Source of the DNA: Lytechinus pictus
Taxonomy: Eukaryota
Reading direction: 5' to 3'
Assembly: GCF_037042905.1 (NCBI RefSeq)
Contig: NC_087249.1
Span: 6,450,001-6,514,000 of the forward strand
Length of the DNA stretch: 64,000 nucleotides
Positions within the stretch are counted from its first letter, which is position 1. Each line of letters starts with the position of its first letter. Positions 48,001 to 64,000 of this stretch are shown piece after piece. Made by a program: the position numbers and the translations under genes. Under the pieces are notes generated by a model. It had not been told where the DNA came from. It made no database searches and was given only the letters and a program-made list of their open reading frames with translations.

Positions 48001-51000
48001 AAAAGTGTTGCTGCTACTTTGTTTCGCGCTCAACATTTAAGGGAGGGATCCTCCTCGGTCTGGCGCTGTTCAGTAGCTGCCGTTCCCACGATCAATTGGG
48101 CAAAACAAATGTTCAGAATGTTTCTATTTCTAACAATAAAATATGGGTTTCCTTTTTGTTTCATTCCATTTTCATGAACTTCTCTTTCATTGGATGTACT
48201 TGACCTATTTCTTTTTTATTTTTTGCTGGTTGTGCAATAGGTATGTCAAGTAGGATGCGCAGCTGTAGCAGCCATAGTTCTTCGTAAACCAGCCAACTGC
48301 CTGGCGGTAATGGAAGCTGAGGGTGCTAAACTTCTGGTTCAAATCCTGACAATACATAAGGATGAAGCAGCAGTACAGGTAATATTGTACAACACCCTTG
48401 ATTGTAGTCTAGTTTTTGTTTTCTTTTTTCTTTCTCTCTCATTTAATTAATCATATTATGTTTACAACTGTTATTGTGTTTCATAATTATTTTCAGTCTT
48501 TTTGAAATCCATAATATTTTGTAAATGTTAATGATTTGTTTATATTATGCCCTGTAACTTGAGTATTTACTTTTTCTGATCATTGCCTAGTGGAAGCAAT
48601 TTTCAGACCAGATTGTGCAAATCATGTAGTCTTGCTCTTCTTAGTTTCAATTTTCCCAATTTAAACAGATTTATGTGCTGCCAAGAACTTCATCTCAAAA
48701 CATTCACACATGAAAATAGTTAAAGAACTGAACTGATTCCAATTTAGGGTATTCCCTTTCCACTGTTGATGCTGTGAAAGGAAAATTGCCTAATGTAATA
48801 ATTGTTTTACAGTGTGCATCTTACATCACTGAAGAGGTTCATCTGATTGGTGTGTAGACATGAATATTTGTTCTTTTTTTACACAATCACAAAAATTTAC
48901 ATGTTTTTGTCTAGGCTTTCGCTTGCTAGCCTACAAGCGTCGCCAAACTGTTGTAGCTGGCGCTATCCATGTAGCTGATGCAGCCCAACGGAAACGGGTA
49001 AATTTTCGTGATTGTGTAAAAAAGAATGAATATTCAGTGTGCATCTTGTCAATATATTTGTTGTGAGGCTGGAGTGAAGGCCATATGCTGTACACTATAT
49101 AATATTTACCAACTGGTACACTTCCGTGAGAGTTAATGTGCATGTAGACTTGATGTGCAAGAAGTGGGTTTTGGCTCATAAAACAAGAGAAGACATTTGT
49201 TATTAATCAGAATACTATTTTCCTCTTCTGGGTGTGAACAATAGACCACCTTTAAGGGGATAATCTGTCTACTATAGCGACACATTATGCAGCCATCCCA
49301 GCGAGAGGAAGTGTCTCTTTGACATCCTATTAATCAGATTATTAATACCTGTCCTAAGTTGGTATTTTAGTCTGATAGAGTGTGAAATTCAAACAATAGA
49401 CCACCTTGAAGGCAAAAGTCTGTCTATTATACCAAAGTTTTATTGTTATCCTGTTTCAGCCATCTCAGCTAGTGGAAAGGTCTCTAACTTCCTGTTTTTA
49501 ATCAGATTACTAAAGGCCACCGCACACCTTACGACTGTTCGCAATCCGATTTTGGAACAAATCGCATTTTGCTCATTTTCTGAAAATGTGAATGGAACAT
49601 ATTTTATTTGAGGTTAAAATCAATTGAAAGAATAATAATATAACCATTTTGAAAGATTGCAAGCTTTTATTTTGGAGTAAAGGCCAAATTAGTTTCAAAT
49701 CGTAGCCAACCGTACGACTGCTATGACGTCATTACGACTAGATATTAAATTTGCTTTTATTCTAAGAAGGATGATAGCATAGTCACAGATTTGAACATAG
49801 GTATTCGTACGATGATTTAGAACATTACACAGAAAGATATTCCATGTATCAATATTAGCATCAAATTCTACTACATTTTATTCTGAAATCGGGTCGCAGA
49901 CCAATCGTAAGGTGTGCGGTTGCCGTAATACCTGTCCTAAGAGGGTATTTTGTCTGATAGAGTGTGAAATTGGACCAATAGACCACCATCATTGTGATAG
50001 TCTATTATACCAAAGTTTTATTGTTAACACGTTTCAGCCATCCCAGCTAGAGAAAGGGCCTCTAACTTCCTGTTATTAACAGATCACTAGTACCTGTCTG
50101 AAGTGGGCATTTTGCCTGATTGATCGTTATTTATACCTGTAGTGTGTATGTTTGTCTGAAATAGTGTAAATTTGGAACAATAGACACCATCAAGGGGAGA
50201 GTCCATCTATTATACCAAAGTATGATATTGTTTAATAACATGCCTTAGACATCCCAGGGGACTGTACATTTCACATCCTGTTATTAATTTTCCGATGATG
50301 AGTAATGTAAGAGTCAGTCAGTTAGGGGGAAACCCCGGTGTAGCGGTCCAGCTGCACCCCCAATCAGTTATATTGGGTGGAGAGACCTGTGGGTCATAGT
50401 GATTCAGGTCGCTTTTTGCCTAAAAGGCACAAATGATGCCAAACATATAATAATGATTAGTCTTAAAATGCCCATATTTTAAATCAAGATATTGACTTTT
50501 CAAGGTCAGAAGATTAGGCTTCAGGGTGGAAGTGTTTTAGCATCTAAAAATGAATGAATAGTTGTATGTGAAATAATGAAAATGAAGTATCAGAAACTAA
50601 TTAAATTATAAAACAAGAGCTCCCTTGATTCGAGCAATGTTCTACTAATGCAAGTTTACCTGTATTAGTACAGTCGTGCTCAAAAGTTACTGAACCTCAC
50701 CACAATATGCACTTTTTCATTGTGCTTGATGAATACAGACTACAATTCTACAATGATCGGCGAGCCCAGAGATACAAACTTTATTGAATGTAATATTTTA
50801 TCACCTGACTTCACAATTAAATATCTAAAGCATGACAGCACTTGAACACTTTAAATATGTTCATTTTCTGGAGGGGTTCACTAACTTCGAGCACCGCTGT
50901 ATAATACAATGTATTGATATATTACTTCATGATTTTATAACATTTTTTTAATTCATCCTACAGAACCAAGCTTGCAGGGCGGTGCGGAACCTAGTCGCCA

Positions 51001-51167
51001 GGACACCAGAGCACAAGGATCCATTTATACGGCTAGGAATTGAGAGTCTTCTAAGAGATGCGGAGAAGCACTGCCCAGACGATGCTAAGGCTGCCCTCAG
51101 AGACCTACACCTCAAGGTGGAATTACGAGAGCTTTGGAAGGGAGAAAAGAACCCATTAACCAATTAG
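45019..51167 (+). CDS. ARMC6: Armadillo repeat-containing protein 6 (474 aa); exons 45019-45178, 45679-46323, 46732-46877, 47590-47721, 48241-48378, 50964-51167
   Basis: [23 protein letters not shown]...[90 protein letters not shown] phases consistent, 1425 nt. Confidence 0.95.
49200..50290. repeat. ~155-200-bp intronic tandem repeat (4 copies) interrupted by a MITE
   Basis: CAATAGAC(C)ACC...CAGCCATCCCAG...TACCTGTC units at ~49237, 49392, 49975, 50177. Confidence 0.7.
49514..49925. mobile_element. PIF/Harbinger-like MITE
   Basis: TIR AGGCCACCGCACACCTTACGA / TCGTAAGGTGTGCGGTTGCCG; TAA TSD at 49511-49513 and 49926-49928. Confidence 0.8.
50324..50443 (+). repeat. Retrozyme-like dispersed repeat, copy 2
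   Basis: Alignable with 35149-35268; ends GGCACAAATGATGCCAAA. Confidence 0.45.
50671..50899. mobile_element. Tc1/mariner-like MITE
   Basis: TA TSD; TIR CAGTCGTGCTCAAAAGTTA.TGAACC / GGTTCACTAACTTCGAGCACCGCTG. Confidence 0.7.
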
Positions 51168-51474
51168 AAAATCCTAATAATATGCAACATATGAATAATT
51201 CTTAATACAATGTCTCTAAGCACTGTAAACTGTTACCCTGGCTTTAGCAGGGCTACCCTGATCAGGTGCTTGAGCATTCAAGGATATCCTTCCTATTGGT
51301 TAGCCATTTACTACACTTCGATGGAGAGTGGTAAACAAAGGCCTTTCCAATGGACGCAAGTGCCATGGGGGAATTCAAACCCCTGACCTTATAAGAGAGA
51401 TTGGCAAATTTGTGTGGGTTACAAAAAATTGTTTACATATAAAAGCAAAATATTACTATTATCATTCCACTTAA

Positions 51475-52226
51475 CCCTATCTAGGCTGGGGGGGGGGCTC
51501 GGAGGCCCCCCCTCAACGATTCGCGCAATATTTTCGCCACACGAATTTTTTTGACCGCGCCGCTTGCTGACTTTTTACTTTCAAGTCTTGCGCAACTTTT
51601 GAGACCAATTATGCGTCACCCGGGTTCGTGGTTCCGAAATTATGTAAGTGCATGTCAGACCCAAAATTGCTCAAAAACGTGATTTTGTGTACAAAGTCAA
51701 TGCAAATTGTGTTTTCAACCAAAAATCATAAATGTATGATTATTTTTAGTTTTGCTGGTTTAAATGTATTTATTTTATGCTTTTTTTTATCTCGGAAGAG
51801 TCCCCAACATATTTTATTGAAAAAACAATGAAAAACGAAAGGTAAAAAACAAAGAAATACATAAGAAATTGCAAAAAACAATATAATACATAAGAAAATG
51901 ATTTGATATCGCAATTTTGTTCATGTACACTTGCTAAGAACACCACAAAGAGTTCTATACCAAAATATTAGAACATTTGGAGCTTTATTCAGGGAGTTAG
52001 AGGAAAAAGTATGATTTCGCATACTAAATACGCATAAATTAGCATAATCATTTAATAGCAATTCGCATGAAATAAATTACTATACAATTTTGTAGATTAT
52101 GTCCCAGACAACCCGCGTGCCAATTTTCGGCGCAGTCGACGGCCGAGATCTTAAGGGGGGCTTGGGAGGCCCCCCCCCCCCCCCCCCGGCCATATGAACT
52201 CCCAAAATACCCCGGCCTAAATAGGG
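51475..52226. mobile_element. piggyBac-like non-autonomous element
   Basis: TTAA TSD (51471-51474, 52227-52230); termini CCCTATCTAGGCTGGGG / CCCCGGCCTAAATAGGG. Confidence 0.8.
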
Positions 52227-52529
52227 TTAAATCTGTGCACATACGTGTGCTGCAAGTTAAAAAAATATATGTATTGTAAATATATTTATTGGTGTATATG
52301 TGGAGTGAAAGTTTGTTGTTGCATCTTTTATATATGATTTTGCAATAATTCAAATAAATTTTGATTTATAAAAATGTGAGAAACCTGCCATTATCTTCTA
52401 GATTTTAATTTTCTTTTGCTCATATTTTTTTTAATGATTAATAAGCTCATGGTGGTGTGTACAAATGATTATGAAATGCTTTGAAGCAATGCAGAATAGA
52501 TCAATGTGATTTATAACACAAAATTGAAA

Positions 52530-52995
52530 GAATGAAGGGGAAGTGTGAGGTTTTCCAAGATATGGAAGAAAAGAGAGTGTGAGCTATTAAAAGGGGGTCA
52601 GACAGGAGGGGGAGTGAAAGATGGGGACATACAGAGAGGGGTAAAGGAGGGAAGAGCGAGTTAGGGAAGGGGGAATGAGAGAGGGGATGTAATGAGGGTA
52701 GGGGGTTACATGTAGGTAAACAAGGGAGAGGGGAGGGGGAAATTAGAGCAGGGAAGAGGTAATGAGAGTAGAGGGTGGGGGTAAAGGAGAGAAAAGAGTT
52801 GGAGGGGGCAGAGATGGGTAAAGGAGGGAAAAGAAAGGGTGTAGGGGGGAAGAAGAGAAGAGAGGGGTGAATGAGGGGAGAGGGAGATAGTTGACTGAAG
52901 GAGAGATTGGGGTGGGCGTAAAGAAGGGAAGATAGAGGAAAGGGGCAGGAAGGGAGAGAAAGAAAGAGAAGGCAAAGGATGGAAGAGAGAGTACA
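52530..52995. repeat. Polypurine (GA-rich) low-complexity tract between the convergent ARMC6 and PARP16 3' ends
   Basis: Almost purely G/A on the + strand. Similar tracts occur at ~7000-7500 and ~15050-15430. Confidence 0.8.
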
Positions 52996-53221
52996 GTGAT
53001 TCCTTCTCACATCTTCTGATACATGTTAATGATGCACAAACTTCAAATGAAAGACAACTATTAAACTTCAAACATTTTATTGTTAGTACAGGTATTTCTT
53101 TTAAATAGTGGAAGACAAATAATATTCAAATACATAAAATTTCATAATTTTTTAAAAATACAACTTCATAAATTTGGTCTACATGTACAATCACTCAATG
53201 TTAATAAATATTGTTAATTAA

Positions 53222-53815
53222 AGGACAAGTCCACCCCCAACAAAGAGCTTAATTTAATAGAAAGAGAAAAATCAAACAAGCATAACACTGAAAATTTCAT
53301 CAAAATCAGATGTAAAATAAGAAAGTTATAAACAATTTTGAGTTTTGCCTAATTTCTCAAAACAGTTATGCACATCCTGTTCGGTATGCAAATGAGGGGA
53401 CCGATGACATCACCCACTCACTATTTCTTTTGTATTTTATTATATGAAATATGAAATGAAATATTTGTCATTGTCATATGAAACAAGTTTCATTCCTCCC
53501 TGAACACGTGGAATTCCATTATTTTAACATTTTGTGGTTCAAGCAAGGGGGTCCTAATTTTCAAATTCGTAAAATTGAAATATTGTATAATTCAAACAAT
53601 AAAACACAAAAGAAATAGTGAGTGAGTGACATCATCAACTCTCTTATTTGCATATCACTGAGTTGAGCATAGATCTGTTTTGTGAAAAATAAGCGAAACT
53701 TTAAAATGTCATAACTTTCTTATATTACATCCGATTTTGATGAAGTTTTCAGCGCTATTCATGTTTGATTTTTCTCTATTTATTTAAATCAACTTTTTTC
53801 TGGGTGGACTTGACC
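53222..53815. mobile_element. Kolobok-like palindromic MITE, copy 2
   Basis: TTAA flanks; same sequence family as 18331-18927. Confidence 0.75.
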
Positions 53816-55641
53816 TTAACAAGATAATACAATCGTTGTCTATAGTGTCCACTAGTTGAACATCTACTCTTTTTTTCCTATTGTGTACATCAACACTATA
53901 TTTTGAACACGCACAGTCCAAGCTACATGTATTTCTTTATGCCCAGAAGACTTGAAATAAGCAAGTTTGACTGGCAAATAACTTTTCGACAATTACAGTA
54001 CTGATGTGGATCCAGGGGGAATGGGGGCAACAGGCCCCCATCCTTTTCTAAAATAACCATTTCTTCTTTTTTCAGATTTTTATTGGGTCAATTACATCCC
54101 TCTATTGTTCGATCTTTGGGGGATGTGGGTTCAGATTTGTTTTGGGTAATCAATTTTTAGAGTTGGAACAAGTGCCATGCAAGAAAAGAAAGGAAAATAA
54201 ATCCCCTTTATAGGTTACCCAATATATACTGGCATGCATTAAATTCAGACCGTACACTTTTGTATTTTCCAACCATAGAAATATAAAAGCTTTATTTTTC
54301 ATAAATGCGCACATTTTTTCTACCCATTTTCATTTTTTTTATTCTACAATATGATAGTGATTTAAGAATTAAAAAAGCCCATCATATATCAAAACAGCAC
54401 AATATATTGTGATTTGAAATTACTTGGCAATTTGCAATCCTGCTCAACATGACAACAGGTAAAAATAACAAAATATAAAGATCTACATTGGTTGGAATAG
54501 CTTTTGTTTACAAAAGAAAAATAACAATAACTAATTCTAATTATATGAAAAAATCAAAACTAGAAAAAAATAAAAAATAAATTCATAGATTAGTTACTAT
54601 AGATTTCAAAGAAACATCTGAAAATTAGAAAATTAAATCAGTTACCTATATATAATTTGAAAATTATAAACTGTACACTCAGTATATGCTGAATATTTCT
54701 AATTTGTATTAATTACTAATGTTTTTTAAAGAAAAATGTGACTAAGCTATAAAAAATAATTTCCTAAAACACTAACATGTAATTGATCAAAAAGGAAAAG
54801 AAAATGACTTCAGGAAATGATTTATTTAATAGCATTGATTCTTCTTTTTCTTCTAATTAGAACAAATTCAAAATAAAACAATGAGGGGAAAAATAAAAGG
54901 CACATATTCAGGATTTCAGTGTACAGGTCAAACAAAGGCAAGGCTAAAATTATTTTAGATAAAAATGACAATGTTTATTTTTCAATTGCAATCAAACTAA
55001 TCAAAATGTTTTCTTTATATTCTAATCTCACCTGTTTCCTGTGCATTTCACAACGAAAATACCATTCAACTTTATTATGCTATGCATGAAAAAATATATC
55101 AAGAAAAAATGGGTTTCAACAATGAGTATGGAAGATTACAATTTCTGCAGCCTCTACACATCTTAACCTCAACAATACAAGTCACACTCAATAATTTGAT
55201 CTTCATTCATGTTTCCAACCACCGCAATTACTATGGTAAATATTGGACAATTCAGTCTTTGCCTGATAACTTATCAGTCAATTCCTATCTTCAAACACCC
55301 TCATTAGATTTGTCACAAAAGGAGTTGTGTATAAATACGACCACACAAGTTGTACGCGAGTCCCTAATGTGCCGCTCAAAAATAGTCAAGTTACAATTTA
55401 ATTTGAGACTGACTTGGGACAATTCTTCCTGCCACAGGCCCGGCCAGCTGCAGTAAAAATCTTGTGCCCATAAGAATAACAGCTCCAATTTTGGTGCTAA
55501 AGACCCAATTTGTCTAAGGGTCACTACTGGGGCCACAGTAAAAGCTCTTTTTTTCACTTGTTATGACCTCTCTTTATCTCTATGTGCAATGTGCATGTAG
55601 GTTTTTTTTAATCTGTCCGAAGCTATACACATAGGCCTTCA

Positions 55642-62890
<7,249 letters not shown>

Positions 62891-63559
62891 TTTGACTTTC
62901 ACTTGTTCTTAATCTTACTTAGTTTAGAATTTTAATTAAGTTCTCAACAGTGAGATGGCATCCATGAGGATATGGGAGAGCTAGAGCTTTGTCGACGACA
63001 CATGACATAAAAGATAAACACCGACACTGATTCCTAAGTAATTGAGCTTCTGGCTTCTGCAGCAGGCTGGCCTGCGCCTGAGCTGTGGCTGCGCCGTGGC
63101 TGTGCAAAAGTTATGGACACGTCACTAGTAGTATTATTATTACCGGTATTGAAATTGAATGCACTTATTTGGCTCAGCTCAGCGATCAAGTTGAGGATTG
63201 TTGTTGACGTGTTCTGCAGACAAAATCCCACAAACTAGCTAGATATGATTTGTTACTGCTGGAGTTGGAGGCTGGCGCATGAACTGCTCTTTTTACAAAA
63301 TTTAGCTGGACTTTTCCTCAATTGAAATTGATTTATTATCCATTAAATTTCGGGAATTTCCCTAAATTCGGAGATCTTGCTTTATGGAACGCTACTTTGG
63401 AATCATAACATAATGAGGTAAAATTTAATAATAATACTGAAAAAGGCTTACAAAGAAACAAAATCATTGTACACCTTTAACTTTGAATAATATTTTTAAT
63501 TATAATTCTTCCAAATCATTATACCCAAGTAAAAATGAAATAATATTAATTCAAATAAA

Positions 63560-63800
63560 TACAGGTGAAACGCGCTGCTTTCCATAAAACTCTTAATTGA
63601 CCATGCGAATGAGAATGTGGTATGGTTTTTGGCGCGGCTAGTACCGGTATAGCGTAGACGCCGCGTGGCGCATGCATATGCATCCGTCTATAAGCTAACG
63701 TTAGATATCTACACTGTCACTGTACTGGACTACTGATCGGCGGCCGGCGGATACAGAGATTGCACCACAAGCTGCAATTATGCATTTATTAACGTAAATT
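63560..63800. promoter_or_regulatory. Candidate CpG-rich promoter upstream of PARP16 (possibly bidirectional)
   Basis: CpG-dense island (GGCGCGGCTAGTACCGGTATAGCGTAGACGCCGCG...) ~750 bp upstream of the PARP16 ATG. Confidence 0.4.
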
Positions 63801-64000
63801 TACTCGCTTTCTCCATAGATTCTCACAGCAAATGGACATTGTCTAGCAAGCTCTGATTAAGAATAAGATTGATGGATGGATTCAATCAAGACCAAGCTCA
63901 AATTAGATCTCTGAGTCTAAATATTAATTGGTCCAGCAGCAGTGATAGTACATCCAGATCCAGATCCAGACTAGTAATAGTATTACGTTAAGTCGTTAGA

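Noticed and set aside
52501..53071. Pro/Ser/Leu-rich ORFs (also 14944-15414 and 7195-7404)
   Set aside because: Arise from polypurine/polypyrimidine tracts that lack stop codons.

Overview
Eukaryotic, intron-rich, AT-rich animal genomic DNA. The repeat landscape is most consistent with a marine invertebrate such as a sea urchin; this is inference, not verifiable here. Four spliced genes can be rebuilt from GT-AG junctions with consistent phases: a secreted C-type lectin (- strand, 3 exons, 179 aa), AMACR (+, 5 exons, 383 aa, C-terminal SKL), ARMC6 (+, 6 exons, 474 aa) and PARP16 (-, 6 exons, 335 aa, C-terminal TM anchor). A fifth, unidentified locus at ~9.8-12.3 kb carries two coding-like ORFs: a 116-aa two-TM protein with a KxKxx ER-retrieval tail and a 334-aa basic/acidic protein. 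One plausible intron places them in the same frame, separated by a single UGA. The intergenic and intronic space is packed with non-autonomous DNA transposons, many with readable TIRs and TSDs (hAT-like, Mutator-like foldback, Helentron/HINE, EnSpm-like, Kolobok-like, Harbinger-like, piggyBac-like, Tc1-like), often nested. It also contains tRNA-derived SINE fragments, decayed retrozyme/hammerhead-like repeats and complex tandem arrays. No autonomous transposase, CRISPR array or intact RNA gene was found. All family assignments come from recalled motifs, not database searches.
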